Assembly (NCBI GenBank): GCA_025056255.1
Contig: JANWVT010000006.1
Span: 118,981 to 182,980 of the forward strand
DNA from: Bernardetiaceae bacterium
Lineage (GTDB): Bacteria > Bacteroidota > Bacteroidia > Cytophagales > Thermoflexibacteraceae
Direction of reading: 5' to 3'
Length of the DNA: 64,000 nt
The notes under the pieces are model-generated. The model saw nothing but the letters and a program-made list of their open reading frames with translations, had not been told where the DNA came from and made no database searches. Positions within the stretch are counted from its first letter, which is position 1, and every line of letters begins with the position of its first letter. Both the position numbers and the translations under genes were made by a program. This document shows, piece after piece, positions 1-9,780 of this stretch.

Positions 1-589
1 GTATGCGATGTTTAATGATGCCCGCTTTTTCAAAAGCAATTTGGGGCAGTGTATCGCCCAGAATGGCTTGGTGGTCGTAGCTGATATTGGTAATCAGCGA
101 AAGAACAGGCGTAATAACGTTGGTGGAGTCTAACCTTCCGCCTAAACCTACCTCAATAACAGCTATATCTACTTGATTTTGAGCGAAATAATCGAATGCC
201 ATGGCTACTGTTAGCTCAAAAAATGAAGGTTTGATTTGCTCTATGAACGGTTTGAGAGCAGCCACCCACTCAATTATCCATTGTTGGTCAGCTTCTTGTC
301 CGTTAATGCGGATTCGTTCGGTAAAACTTTTTAGGTGTGGCGAGGTGTATAGCCCTACTCGGTAGCCTGCCGACTGCAATATGGCTGCCAGCATGTGCGA
401 ACAGCTTCCTTTGCCATTGGTGCCAGCTACATGAACAGCAGGAAACTTGTTTTGTGGATTTCCTAAATAATGGCACAAAGCCAATGTGTTGTGCAGGTCG
501 GCTTTGAAAGCTGCTCTGCCAATGCGCTGAAACATAGGCAAGTGGTTGTATAGATAGTTGAGCGTATCTTCAAAACGGGCTACCACCAT
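1..589 (-). CDS. folC: Folylpolyglutamate synthase/dihydrofolate synthase (Mur-ligase family), N-terminal 196 aa; rest of gene lies beyond the window edge
   Basis: Own translation of the minus strand from ATG at 589: MVVARFEDTLNYLYNHLPMFQRIG...HVAGTNGKGS...EVGLGGRLDSTN. It has the P-loop and a FolC-type N-terminus. It is absent from the ORF track because it runs off the window. Confidence 0.8.
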   Translation of the reverse strand, partial: MVVARFEDTLNYLYNHLPMFQRIGRAAFKADLHNTLALCHYLGNPQNKFPAVHVAGTNGKGSCSHMLAAILQSAGYRVGLYTSPHLKSFTERIRINGQEADQQWIIEWVAALKPFIEQIKPSFFELTVAMAFDYFAQNQVDIAVIEVGLGGRLDSTNVITPVLSLITNISYDHQAILGDTLPQIAFEKAGIIKHRI

Positions 590-659
590 ATTTTAGATAA
601 ATCTGAATGACCATTTTATTGGCAAAAAAAGATAATTTTGAGGGAAAATAACTTTATAA

Positions 660-1454
660 GTGGAACTACAAACACTCTGTCAGGCTGTTGTTGAAATTGC
701 CCACCGTGCTGGAAGTTTTATTCGCCATGAATCGGAACTGTTTCAACGTTCGTTGGTAGAAGAAAAAGGGCGTAATAATTTGGTTTCGTATGTAGATAAA
801 CAGGCTGAGCAGATAATTGTAGAGCACCTGTCAATATTGTTGCCGCAGGCTGGCTTTATTGCCGAGGAAGGAACAGGTAGCCATTTGTTGAAAGGTTTGA
901 ATTGGGTAGTCGACCCTCTGGATGGTACTACGAATTTCATTCATGGGGTGCCGCCATATGCTGTAAGCATTGCTTTGGTTGACAACGAAGATGTATTACT
1001 GGGGGTAGTACAAGAAGTATTCAGTGGCGAGTGTTTTCATGCTATCAAGGGAGGCGGAGCATGGCTGGGTACCAAACCTCTTCGCGTGTCTGCTGAGCAA
1101 GAGCTTGCCAAAGGACTAATAGCCACTGGGTTTGCCTATGATACAACGGAAATAGACCATACCTTGGCAGTGTTGAAACAGCTTCTCATCCAAACACATG
1201 GTTTTAGGCGTTTGGGGTCTGCTGCTATAGACTTGGCTTACGTGGCTGCAGGGCGATTTGAGGCATTTTATGAAAAAAATCTCAACCCTTGGGATGTAGC
1301 AGCAGGAATATTGCTCGTTAAAGAAGCAGGCGGCATTGTTTCCGATTTTCATAATGGCAGCAACTTCCTTTTCGGTAAAGAAATAGTTGCCTCTTGTACG
1401 CCTTTGCTGCACCATGATTTGCTGAAAACGATTCAGGTGCTGAGAATGAATTAG
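660..1454 (+). CDS. Inositol monophosphatase family protein (SuhB-like)
   Basis: 264 aa. IMPase signatures WVVDPLDGTTNFIHG and GSAAIDLAYVAAGR. GTG start as in the track. Confidence 0.85.
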   Translation: MELQTLCQAVVEIAHRAGSFIRHESELFQRSLVEEKGRNNLVSYVDKQAEQIIVEHLSILLPQAGFIAEEGTGSHLLKGLNWVVDPLDGTTNFIHGVPPYAVSIALVDNEDVLLGVVQEVFSGECFHAIKGGGAWLGTKPLRVSAEQELAKGLIATGFAYDTTEIDHTLAVLKQLLIQTHGFRRLGSAAIDLAYVAAGRFEAFYEKNLNPWDVAAGILLVKEAGGIVSDFHNGSNFLFGKEIVASCTPLLHHDLLKTIQVLRMN

Positions 1455-1479
1455 TTGATTGTTAACTCAAACGTAATAA

Positions 1480-2553
1480 ATGATGGAAAACACACTTGCT
1501 CTTGACTTAACTATTGAGAAAACAGCTCATTCTCGGCTGTCTCAAGTAGATTTAAAGCAGCCCATATTTGGGCGTACTTTTACCGACCATATGCTTTCTG
1601 CCGACTATATGGGTGGTAAATGGACTAACGTCCGCATTATGCCCTATCAAGATATTAGCATCAGCCCTGCTTTATCGGCTATTCACTACGGACAGTCTAT
1701 TTTTGAAGGCTTAAAAGCCTACAAAAATGCAGAGGGCGAAGTGTTGTGTTTCCGTCCTGATGAAAATTTCAAGCGCATGAACAAATCAGCCGTGCGCATG
1801 TGCATGCCTACTATTCCTGAAGAAATTTTTATGGGTGGTCTGCGAGAGTTGCTCAACTTAGACCGCGACTGGGTGCCTGCCGGTGAAGGCTGTTCGCTAT
1901 ACATTCGCCCTGTTATGTTTGCCACTGATGCCTTTATTGGTTTGCGTCCGTCAGAAACTTATAAATTCCTTATTTTCTGCTCTCCTGCTGGCGTGTACTA
2001 CTCAGCACCCGTAAAAGTGAAAGTGGAAACCCGATATACCAGAGCAGCCGAAGGTGGCACAGGGGCTGCCAAAGCAGCAGGAAACTATGCGGCGGCTATG
2101 TACCCCACTAAGTTGGCGTATCAAGAAGGTTTTGACCAAGTGCTTTGGACTGATGCCAAAGAGCACCGATACATAGAGGAAGCAGGCTCTATGAACATCA
2201 TGTTCATTATCAATGGCACTATTATCACTGCCCCTGAAACAGATACCGTGCTGCCGGGTATCACGCGCAAATCGGTGCTGCAATTAGCCCGCGAGTGGGG
2301 AGTCCCCGTAGAGGAGCGCAAACCAGGCGTTGCCGAAGTGATTCAAGCCATTCAAAACGGCACTTTGCAGGAAGCCTTTGGAGTAGGCACAGCCGCTACT
2401 ATTGCCCACATCAAAACCATTGGCTACGAAGGGCAACTCTACGAACTACCAGACGTAGCCAACCGACCATTTAGTAACCGCGTATACCAAGAACTGGAAG
2501 ACATCAAGCGCGGACGCAAAGCAGATACACGCGGCTGGGTAATGAAAATTTAA
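1480..2553 (+). CDS. ilvE: Branched-chain amino acid aminotransferase
   Basis: 357 aa. Class IV aminotransferase/BCAT-like blocks (YIRPVMFATD, GTGAAKAAGNYAA, EEAGSMNIMF, GITR). Confidence 0.85.
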   Translation: MMENTLALDLTIEKTAHSRLSQVDLKQPIFGRTFTDHMLSADYMGGKWTNVRIMPYQDISISPALSAIHYGQSIFEGLKAYKNAEGEVLCFRPDENFKRMNKSAVRMCMPTIPEEIFMGGLRELLNLDRDWVPAGEGCSLYIRPVMFATDAFIGLRPSETYKFLIFCSPAGVYYSAPVKVKVETRYTRAAEGGTGAAKAAGNYAAAMYPTKLAYQEGFDQVLWTDAKEHRYIEEAGSMNIMFIINGTIITAPETDTVLPGITRKSVLQLAREWGVPVEERKPGVAEVIQAIQNGTLQEAFGVGTAATIAHIKTIGYEGQLYELPDVANRPFSNRVYQELEDIKRGRKADTRGWVMKI

Positions 2554-2784
2554 CCTCACACAAGTTGCTTGATTAAAAATTCAACTTCCATGCGCTGTTG
2601 CATGCTGTTGTGTGCATGTCTTTCCACGTGGTTGTAGGGATACGCACCGCAGCATAGAGCAGTAAGATGGGGACATTGCTGCCATTCTTCTGCAAACATT
2701 GTCCTTGTTTCTTTTTGCAATTGTATGCATTTAGCGAAAGCAGAAGCGTTTTGCTTTCGTGGGTTTTTGTTATGGAAAAAGATG

Positions 2785-3324
2785 CTAAGTCAGAAAAACT
2801 TTTTTGTACAGCTCAATGCTTTCGGCAATGATTTGCTCTGCCATTTCGCGGTTCAGAAAGTCTTCTACCACGACGGTCTTGTTTTCCAGCTTCTTGTAGT
2901 CTTCGAAAAAGTTGCGCATTTCAGAGATGTAATATTTCGGTAGCGATGTAATATCTTCCACATGGTTTACGCTCGGGTCGCCTGCCGCTACGGCGATGAT
3001 TTTATCGTCAGCTTCGCCGTTGTCTAACATGCGCATTACCCCGATGGGTTTTGCCTCTACAATACAGAGTGGCACAATTGCAATTTGTGAAAAAATAAGG
3101 ATGTCTAACGGGTCTTTGTCGTCGCAATAGGTTTGCGGAATGAAGCCGTAATTAGCAGGGTAATAAACCGACGAATACAATACGCGGTCTAACTTAATCA
3201 AGCCGCTTTCTTTGTCTAACTCGTATTTGGCGCGTGTTCCTTTGGGAATTTCTATGATACCATTGACTAATTTCGGACTGTTTTTGCCCGGGTGAACGTG
3301 ATGCCAAGGATTGAATGAGTTCAT
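2785..3324 (-). CDS. ppa: Inorganic pyrophosphatase (family I)
   Basis: 179 aa. [29 protein letters not shown] and DKDPLDIL are typical soluble PPase motifs. Confidence 0.9.
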   Translation of the reverse strand: MNSFNPWHHVHPGKNSPKLVNGIIEIPKGTRAKYELDKESGLIKLDRVLYSSVYYPANYGFIPQTYCDDKDPLDILIFSQIAIVPLCIVEAKPIGVMRMLDNGEADDKIIAVAAGDPSVNHVEDITSLPKYYISEMRNFFEDYKKLENKTVVVEDFLNREMAEQIIAESIELYKKVFLT

Positions 3325-3357
3325 GCTGTATAAAATTTCAAAGGGCGCAAATTTAGC

Positions 3358-4680
3358 CTATAACTCCCCGATTCGGCGTGTTTTTTTGCGAAGAAATATC
3401 TGATGTTTGGTGCTACCCACAATCTGCGAGCCATAAATGCCCGTATGCCCCGAAAACAGATAGGATACCACACAGGCAAGAGCAATGAAAACGCCGCTTT
3501 CCGCGCCAAACAGCTCAATCCCCATTAGTGTGCAAGCAATTGGCGTGTTAGTTGCTCCGGCAAATACGCCTACAAAGCCCATACCCGCCAGCAAAGCAAC
3601 AGGCAACGGAATGAGCTGGCTAAGGGCGTTGCCCAAAGTGGCACCTACAAAAAACAGAGGCGTTACCTCGCCGCCCTTGAAGCCTGCACCAAGTGTAAAA
3701 GTAGTTGTCAGCGTTTTGACAAGAAAATCGTAGAAAGGCAAATCTTCGCTAAATGCGGCTACAATGGTAGGCACGCCCAAGCCAATGTATTTGGTTATTC
3801 CGAAAACCCACACTGAAAGGGCAATCACTAACCCGCCAACAACGGGACGAAGCGGCGCGTAAGAAATGTAATTTTTAAACAAATTTTGCCAAAAATGCGC
3901 CATTTTAGAAAACAGCAAAGCAGCAAGTCCGAAACAAATACCTGCGGGGATAGTCCATAAAAAATTTTGCGGATTCATCGGCGGCACGGTCGGGATGGCG
4001 TAATGCGTATGCGCCACCTGCCACGCATGGCAGGTGTAATCGGCAATGACGGCGGCAAAAAAGGCAGGTAGAATAGCCTCATAGCGCATTCTGCCCAAAA
4101 TTAGGACTTCCAGTGCAAACACTGCACCCGCCAGCGGCGTACCAAAAACCGATGCAAACCCCGCACTGATACCCATGACCAAAAACATGCGGCGGTCGCG
4201 CGGTTTGAGCTTGAAAAAATGCGTGAATTGGTCGGCAATGGCAGCACCCATTTGCACCGCTGTTCCTTCGCGTCCGGCAGAACCGCCGAAAAAGTGCGTA
4301 GCAACCGTACCGAACAGCACCAGTGGTGCCATTTTGAAGGGAATCACGCGGCGCGGCTGGTGAAACTCGTCGATAATCTGATTATTCCCGCCTACTACAT
4401 CTTGCCCAAAGCGATGATACAGCCACCCGATGATAAATCCGCCTACGGGTAAAAGAGCAATCACCCACAAGTGGCTTTCTCGAAAATGAGTTGCCCAGTC
4501 TAAGGAAACTAAGAAAAATGCCGAAGCCGAACCCGCCAAAATGCCTACCAACAGTGCAAAAAACAACCATTTGAAAGTATCTGCCAGCAAAGGTACTTGC
4601 TCTATTTTGTTGGTTTTTAGCATGTTATTATTATTTGGTGGAGCAGAAGTATATATGCCGTTCCTACTGTCCATCATCAT
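3358..4680 (-). CDS. Voltage-gated chloride channel (ClC) family protein
   Basis: 440 aa, multi-pass membrane protein. ClC selectivity motifs GSAGREG and GFKGGEVTPLFF. 4-nt overlap with the upstream Sua5 gene. Confidence 0.85.
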   Translation of the reverse strand: MMMDSRNGIYTSAPPNNNNMLKTNKIEQVPLLADTFKWLFFALLVGILAGSASAFFLVSLDWATHFRESHLWVIALLPVGGFIIGWLYHRFGQDVVGGNNQIIDEFHQPRRVIPFKMAPLVLFGTVATHFFGGSAGREGTAVQMGAAIADQFTHFFKLKPRDRRMFLVMGISAGFASVFGTPLAGAVFALEVLILGRMRYEAILPAFFAAVIADYTCHAWQVAHTHYAIPTVPPMNPQNFLWTIPAGICFGLAALLFSKMAHFWQNLFKNYISYAPLRPVVGGLVIALSVWVFGITKYIGLGVPTIVAAFSEDLPFYDFLVKTLTTTFTLGAGFKGGEVTPLFFVGATLGNALSQLIPLPVALLAGMGFVGVFAGATNTPIACTLMGIELFGAESGVFIALACVVSYLFSGHTGIYGSQIVGSTKHQIFLRKKTRRIGEL

Positions 4681-5630
4681 TGTATCGCTGCAGCCCTTCG
4701 CAAGCGGTCGTTAATAGCTCTGCCCAAGCTCTCTTCGGGCAGCAGTTCAGCAAATATAACGCGAATCGGCAAACTGTCTAAGTAGCGCAAGGCGGCAAAA
4801 AGCCTTTGGGCAGCTTCGGCATAATCGCCTTTTGCCGACAATACTACCTGCTGACTATCAGGTATCTGCAAATACCGTTTTTGAAAAGATAAAATGCCCG
4901 TCTCTTGTGGGCTTGCTGTTTTGACCAACTCCTCTAAGTTGCCCAAAACCAGCGGAATGCGCGGTGCATAGTGGCTTTTGAGCATCCCGGGGGCGGCAGG
5001 CTGCGAAGTGGAATGTTGCATCACGCGCACCTTGCCAATGACAGCCTCAATAGCTTCTACCGAAAGCCCTCCCTTGCGATATACTACCGCCTCTTCGCCC
5101 TCAAAGCCCACAATAGTGGATTCTAAGCCGACTTGGCAACTTCCACCATCTAAAATATAGGGAATTTTATCACCCAATTGGTCGGCGACGTGCTGCGCGG
5201 TGGTTGGGCTGATGTAGCCAAAAGGATTGGCACTCGGCGCTGCCAGCGGAAAGGATAATTTTTTCAACAGTTCCAGCGTGAGCGGATGGTTAGGTATGCG
5301 CAGCGCCACTCGCGGCAGCCCGCTTGTGCAAAGGTCGGGGATGATGTCCCGTTTGGGCAGCAGCAGCGTCAGCGGTCCTGGCCAGAACTGCGCTGCCAAT
5401 TGCTGCGCCTTTTCGGGAAAGTCCGTTGCATATCGGCTGATGTGGCTCACCTCGGCAATGTGTACGATGAGCGGGTCAAATTGCGGGCGATTTTTTACCT
5501 CAAAAATGGTGGCAAGTGCCTTTTGGGAAAGGGCATTACCTGCCAGCCCGTAAACCGTTTCCGTAGGGATGGCGACGACTTCGTTTGCCTGCAAATACGC
5601 TGCGGCTGTTTCTATGGATGTTCCAATCAT
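4677..5630 (-). CDS. tsaC: L-threonylcarbamoyladenylate synthase (Sua5/YwlC type, YrdC domain plus Sua5 C-terminal domain)
   Basis: 317 aa. AIPTETVYGLAGNA, DPLIVHI and SANPFG motifs. 4-nt overlaps with both neighbours suggest an operon. Confidence 0.85.
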   Translation of the reverse strand: MIGTSIETAAAYLQANEVVAIPTETVYGLAGNALSQKALATIFEVKNRPQFDPLIVHIAEVSHISRYATDFPEKAQQLAAQFWPGPLTLLLPKRDIIPDLCTSGLPRVALRIPNHPLTLELLKKLSFPLAAPSANPFGYISPTTAQHVADQLGDKIPYILDGGSCQVGLESTIVGFEGEEAVVYRKGGLSVEAIEAVIGKVRVMQHSTSQPAAPGMLKSHYAPRIPLVLGNLEELVKTASPQETGILSFQKRYLQIPDSQQVVLSAKGDYAEAAQRLFAALRYLDSLPIRVIFAELLPEESLGRAINDRLRRAAAIQ

Positions 5631-6439
5631 TCAAACGAAGGCTTTCTTTTTTGCATTTGTGCCGTTATGGCTTCCTGTAAATCAGCGGAAAGCAGCATGG
5701 CAGCGTTCCATGTGGCGATGTAGTTCAGTGCATCGGCAGTGCTGTGGTCGCGGGTGTAGCGCAGCATTTCCTTCGTTCCGCGAATACCCAGCGGCGACTT
5801 GGCGGCAATTTGTCGGGCAATTTCGCGCACGCCTGCCAGCATCTCTTCTTCGGAAGCAAAACACCGATTGGCAAAACCGTTAGCAGCTGCCTCTGCACCT
5901 GACATATTTCTGCCTGTGTAGGCAAGTTCTGCGACAATGCCCGGTGCAATCAGTTTGGGCATTCGTTGCAGCGTTCCCAAGTCCGCTACCATCCCCATGT
6001 CTATTTCGCGGATGCAAAACACGGTTGTTTCGGTGCAATAGCGCATGTCGGCAGCGCAAGCAATATCCACACCGCCGCCGATGCAACCCCCATGGATGGC
6101 AGCCAGCACGGGCTTTTCGCATTGCTCAATGGCATTTACACATGCTTGTAAATCAAGCACCAAGCGGCGCAACTGTTCGCGGCGACGACCTTCGTCGGTG
6201 CTAACCCCTTGCATTTGTTGTTGAATGCCGCCCAGCAGGCTGATGTCGATGCCTGAACAAAAGTGCTTGCCTTCTCCACGGAGAATGACTACGCGCACAT
6301 CGTTGCGTTGCGAAAGGTCGGCGAAAATGGTACGCATTTCGTCCCACGCCACGCGGTCGAGGGCATTGGCTTTGTCGGCGCGGTTAATCACCACTTCGGC
6401 GATATAATCGGCAATGTGCAGGTTAAAACGTGTGTACAT
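5627..6439 (-). CDS. Enoyl-CoA hydratase/isomerase (crotonase) family protein
   Basis: 270 aa. Crotonase motifs FCSGIDI and AAIHGGCIGGGVDIACAADMRY. Confidence 0.85.
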   Translation of the reverse strand: MYTRFNLHIADYIAEVVINRADKANALDRVAWDEMRTIFADLSQRNDVRVVILRGEGKHFCSGIDISLLGGIQQQMQGVSTDEGRRREQLRRLVLDLQACVNAIEQCEKPVLAAIHGGCIGGGVDIACAADMRYCTETTVFCIREIDMGMVADLGTLQRMPKLIAPGIVAELAYTGRNMSGAEAAANGFANRCFASEEEMLAGVREIARQIAAKSPLGIRGTKEMLRYTRDHSTADALNYIATWNAAMLLSADLQEAITAQMQKRKPSFE

Positions 6440-6770
6440 GGATTTGGGAGTTCGGATTTGGGAGTTTGGAGTTCGGAATTTGGAGTTTTTTTTTCCGCCT
6501 TCCGCAATCTCACATTCGAAATTTGGAATTTGGAGTTCGGAATTTGGAATTTTTTTCCACCTTCCGCAATCTCAGATTCGAAATTTGGAATTTGGAGTTC
6601 AGAATTTGGAGTTTTTTTTCCGCCTTCCGCAATCTCACATTCGAAATTTGGAATTTGGATTTTGGAATTTGGAGTTCGGAATTTGGATTTTGGAATTTGG
6701 AGTTCGGAATTTGGAGTTCGGAATTTGGAATTTTTTCCGCCTTCCGCAATCTCACATTCGAAATTCATAG
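6440..6770. repeat. Tandem array of GGA[AGT]TT[TCG] heptads interleaved with four copies of the 29-nt core CCGCCTTCCGCAATCTCACATTCGAAATT (starts 6495, 6557, 6620, 6737)
   Basis: Read directly from the sequence. It fills the whole gap between the echA-like start codon (6439) and the rpe stop (6776). I count 26 GGA on the + strand, mostly 7 nt apart. Five of six frames are open. Confidence 0.95.
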
Positions 6771-6775
6771 TTTGC

Positions 6776-7423
6776 TTACATATTTTTTAACTCGGCGATG
6801 GTTTGTAGTGGGTCGGGTGAGCTGAATACGAAATTACCTGCTACCAGCACATCCGCACCTGCCGCCACCAACAACGGCGCGTTTTGGCTATTTACGCCGC
6901 CATCTACTTCTATATGCAACTTAGGATTAAGCGCATCTGCCATTTGGCGCAATTGCTGCACTTTGCGGTAGCTGTTTTCAATGAATTTTTGCCCGCCAAA
7001 ACCCGGATTGACCGACATCAGGCAAACCAAATCAATATCTGCCAAAATATCACCCAACAAATGAACAGCAGTATGCGGGTTGATGGCAACACCTGCCTTG
7101 CACCCCAACTCTTTAATTTGCCCGATGGTGCGGTGCAAATGCGTACAGGCTTCGTAATGCACCGTCAGCACGGCAGCACCTGCATCGCGGAAGGCTTCCA
7201 AGTAGCGTTCGGGTTGCACAATCATCAGGTGCACATCCATCGGCTTTTCTGCATGGCGTTTGATGGCATGGCAAACAGGCAAACCAAAAGACAAATTCGG
7301 CACAAAAACGCCGTCCATGATGTCTATATGCAACCAATCGGCACGGCTGCTGTTGAGCATCTCCACATCGCGTTGCAGGTTGGCAAAGTCGGCAGAAAGT
7401 ACCGAGGGAGCAATTAAAGGCAT
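6776..7423 (-). CDS. rpe: Ribulose-phosphate 3-epimerase
   Basis: 215 aa. IAPSVLSADF, HIDIMDGVFVPNLSFG and MSVNPGFGGQKF motifs. Confidence 0.9.
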   Translation of the reverse strand: MPLIAPSVLSADFANLQRDVEMLNSSRADWLHIDIMDGVFVPNLSFGLPVCHAIKRHAEKPMDVHLMIVQPERYLEAFRDAGAAVLTVHYEACTHLHRTIGQIKELGCKAGVAINPHTAVHLLGDILADIDLVCLMSVNPGFGGQKFIENSYRKVQQLRQMADALNPKLHIEVDGGVNSQNAPLLVAAGADVLVAGNFVFSSPDPLQTIAELKNM

Positions 7424-7434
7424 ATGAGCGATAT

Positions 7435-7992
7435 TTAGCGCAGCAAATATCGGATATTTTGCACCAATTCGGCTACCGAAGGGGTAAGTGCTCTGCCAAT
7501 GTCGAGCATGTAATTGAAGAGTCCGTTCAAATAAGGGTAAGTAACGGTATTATTCATCAATTCGTTGCGGCTTGTAATACCCGCACTCACCACCAGTTCC
7601 AAGCCAATGCTCAACCCCAATGCGTACTTGATAACGCCAAAGATTAGCCCTATAAAACTGTCAAAGCCTTCAAAAATTTCAAGTTCCATTTTGCTTTTGA
7701 CTGTTTTGTCGAACCAACTGACCCCAAGTGCAATTAGTACGTACAACAGTACAAACGTAATAAATGCACCTGCCTTAGGCGGGGCAAATCCGATGCGGTC
7801 TGCACTAAGTTGAAAAATGGTAGAAACGCTCCAAAACACCAAAAAGAGCAGCAAAATGAAGAGAAATAACGACAAAAATTCTACAAAGAACCCCTTTTGA
7901 AAGCCTTTGTAGCCTCCCCAACCCACAATAAATAGTACCACGATGTCGAGCACTGAAAATTTTTCGGCAAGCAGGCTGGCAAGTAAAATCAT
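7435..7992 (-). CDS. cvpA: CvpA family membrane protein
   Basis: 185 aa, about 4 TM segments. The N-terminal LDIVVLFIVGWGGYKGFQKGF resembles the CvpA family. Confidence 0.6.
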   Translation of the reverse strand: MILLASLLAEKFSVLDIVVLFIVGWGGYKGFQKGFFVEFLSLFLFILLLFLVFWSVSTIFQLSADRIGFAPPKAGAFITFVLLYVLIALGVSWFDKTVKSKMELEIFEGFDSFIGLIFGVIKYALGLSIGLELVVSAGITSRNELMNNTVTYPYLNGLFNYMLDIGRALTPSVAELVQNIRYLLR

Positions 7993-8004
7993 GGGTGCAA
8001 AATG

Positions 8005-8454
8005 CTAACTGAGTAACTCTTTTACCATTGCTGCTATCTGTTTACCATCTGCTTGCCCTTCCAATTCTTTGGTGGCAACTCCCATTACTTTACCCATGTC
8101 TTTGGCAGAGGCAGCACCCACGCGCTGAATAATTTCCTGCAAACGAGCTTTGAGTTCGTCTTGTGATAATTTTTTAGGCAAATATTCTTCAATCACCGCC
8201 AGTTCACCCAATTCTACTGCTTGCAAGTCTGTTCTGCCTTGTTGTCCGTAGATATCGGCAGAGTCTTTACGTTGCTTAGCTGCCTTTACAAGCAGTCTGA
8301 TTTCTTCCTCGGGTGTCAGTTCGCCGCTTCTACCTTCTGCTGTTTCAGCCAACAAAATCAACGACTTAATGGCACGTAGGGCGCGCAAGCGGTCTTTGTC
8401 TTGCGCCTTCATGGCGTTTTTGATGTCTTCTTCGATGCGCTTTTTTAGGCTCAT
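8005..8454 (-). CDS. GatB/YqeY domain-containing protein
   Basis: MSLKKRIEEDIKNAMKAQDKDRLRALRAIKSL... is a typical YqeY N-terminus. Start trimmed to the third codon (ATG) of the track ORF. Confidence 0.8.
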   Translation of the reverse strand: MSLKKRIEEDIKNAMKAQDKDRLRALRAIKSLILLAETAEGRSGELTPEEEIRLLVKAAKQRKDSADIYGQQGRTDLQAVELGELAVIEEYLPKKLSQDELKARLQEIIQRVGAASAKDMGKVMGVATKELEGQADGKQIAAMVKELLS

Positions 8455-8626
8455 AATCAAAAATTGATTTAATCTGCTGCAACAAAGTTAAACAGATGCT
8501 TATAAGGGTACAATCATCGGCTAAATTTGCACCGCTAAATAGTAGGCTACAAACGGCGTAAAAACTATGTTTAAGTTTTAATTGAAGCCATCATTTACAA
8601 ATGTAACAAAATCAATCAGAAAAGCA

Positions 8627-9343
8627 ATGACACGACTGAGTGTGAACATCAATAAAGTGGCTACTTTGCGCAATGCACGCGGCGGAAACAATCCCAATGT
8701 GCTGCAAGTGGCATTAGACTGCGAACGCTTTGGTGCACAGGGCATTACAGTGCACCCTCGCCCCGATGAGCGCCACATCCGCTATCAGGATGTATTGGAT
8801 TTGAAACCAATTTTAACCACAGAATTTAACATTGAAGGAAATCCCCAAGACCGCTACATGAACTTGGTTTTACAGGTAAAGCCGCATCAGGCAACGCTTG
8901 TTCCCGATGCTGACAATGTACTGACCTCTAATGCTGGCTGGGATACTATTGAATACCAAAGCTATTTGACCGATATCATCAGCGAGTTGAAAAAACACGG
9001 CATTCGCACCTCTATTTTTGTTGACCCTGTGGAAAAAATGATTGAGGGGGCAGCCAAAACAGGCACAGACCGAATAGAACTTTATACAGAACCTTATGCG
9101 CGGCAGTTTCGCCACAACCCAGCCGAGGCAGTTGCGCCTTATGTGCGTTGCGCTCAACTTGCCCAACAACTAGGATTGGGCGTTAATGCTGGTCATGACC
9201 TAGACTTGCATAATCTGCGTTATCTGAAACAGCAAATTCCTTTTTTGGATGAAGTATCTATTGGTCATGCCTTGATTTGCGATGCGCTATACTACGGTTT
9301 GGAAAATACCATTCGCCTATATCGTCGCCAATTAGAAAATTAA
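8627..9343 (+). CDS. pdxJ: Pyridoxine 5'-phosphate synthase
   Basis: [36 protein letters not shown] and NAGHDL motifs. Start moved to the internal ATG (Met16 of the track ORF). Confidence 0.9.
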   Translation: MTRLSVNINKVATLRNARGGNNPNVLQVALDCERFGAQGITVHPRPDERHIRYQDVLDLKPILTTEFNIEGNPQDRYMNLVLQVKPHQATLVPDADNVLTSNAGWDTIEYQSYLTDIISELKKHGIRTSIFVDPVEKMIEGAAKTGTDRIELYTEPYARQFRHNPAEAVAPYVRCAQLAQQLGLGVNAGHDLDLHNLRYLKQQIPFLDEVSIGHALICDALYYGLENTIRLYRRQLEN

Positions 9344-9361
9344 ATCTTTAAAGTTACCGAT

Positions 9362-9658
9362 ATGCTCATCCGCATTGTACGCATGACTTTTCAACCAGAT
9401 AAAACGGCAGATTTTTTGACAATTTTTGAAGCTTCTAAACATAAAATTCGCCAATTTGAGGGCTGTCGCTATTTGGCACTGCTGCAAGATGCGCATAATC
9501 CTGCCGTTTACACTACTTACAGTCTCTGGGATAGTGCTGAGCATTTAGAAGCCTATCGGCAATCGGAACTATTTCAAACCACATGGGCAGCTACCAAAAT
9601 ACTTTTTGCAGATAAGCCAGTGGCATTCAGCCACTTTCAGGTGCAAGAGCTGTTGTAA
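9362..9658 (+). CDS. Antibiotic biosynthesis monooxygenase (ABM) domain protein
   Basis: 98 aa. The ferredoxin-like ABM pattern is IRIVRMTF...YLALLQD...YTTYSLWDSAEHLEAY. Confidence 0.7.
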   Translation: MLIRIVRMTFQPDKTADFLTIFEASKHKIRQFEGCRYLALLQDAHNPAVYTTYSLWDSAEHLEAYRQSELFQTTWAATKILFADKPVAFSHFQVQELL

Positions 9659-9780
9659 TTTTCTGTAAAAACATGCCAGAAACTACAGTTGAAAAGACCT
9701 TTTTATACATACGAACCCCGGCAAGTTTGCAAAGTTTGTCGGGGTCAGATTAGGGACGGTTTTGTGTAAACTTGCAAGAG

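Noticed and set aside
6495-6765. CRISPR-like periodicity: ~29-nt cores separated by 32-33 nt (periods of 62-63 nt)
   Set aside because: The spacers are not unique. They are the same GGAATTT/GGAGTTC heptads each time, and one interval is 117 nt. No cas genes or leader are present, and the same core occurs singly inside dispersed elements.
6440-6770. Diversity-generating retroelement (template/variable repeat) or retron msr/msd interpretation of the core variants
   Set aside because: The window has no reverse transcriptase. Differences between core variants are not adenine-specific, and the cores are not inside a coding target.
6263-6825. Five overlapping ORF-track entries (175, 118, 131, 126 and 81 aa) running through the array
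   Set aside because: They exist only because the repeat units lack stop codons in five of six frames. Their products are low-complexity repeats (FGIWNLEFG...), and they overlap each other and the hydratase and rpe genes.
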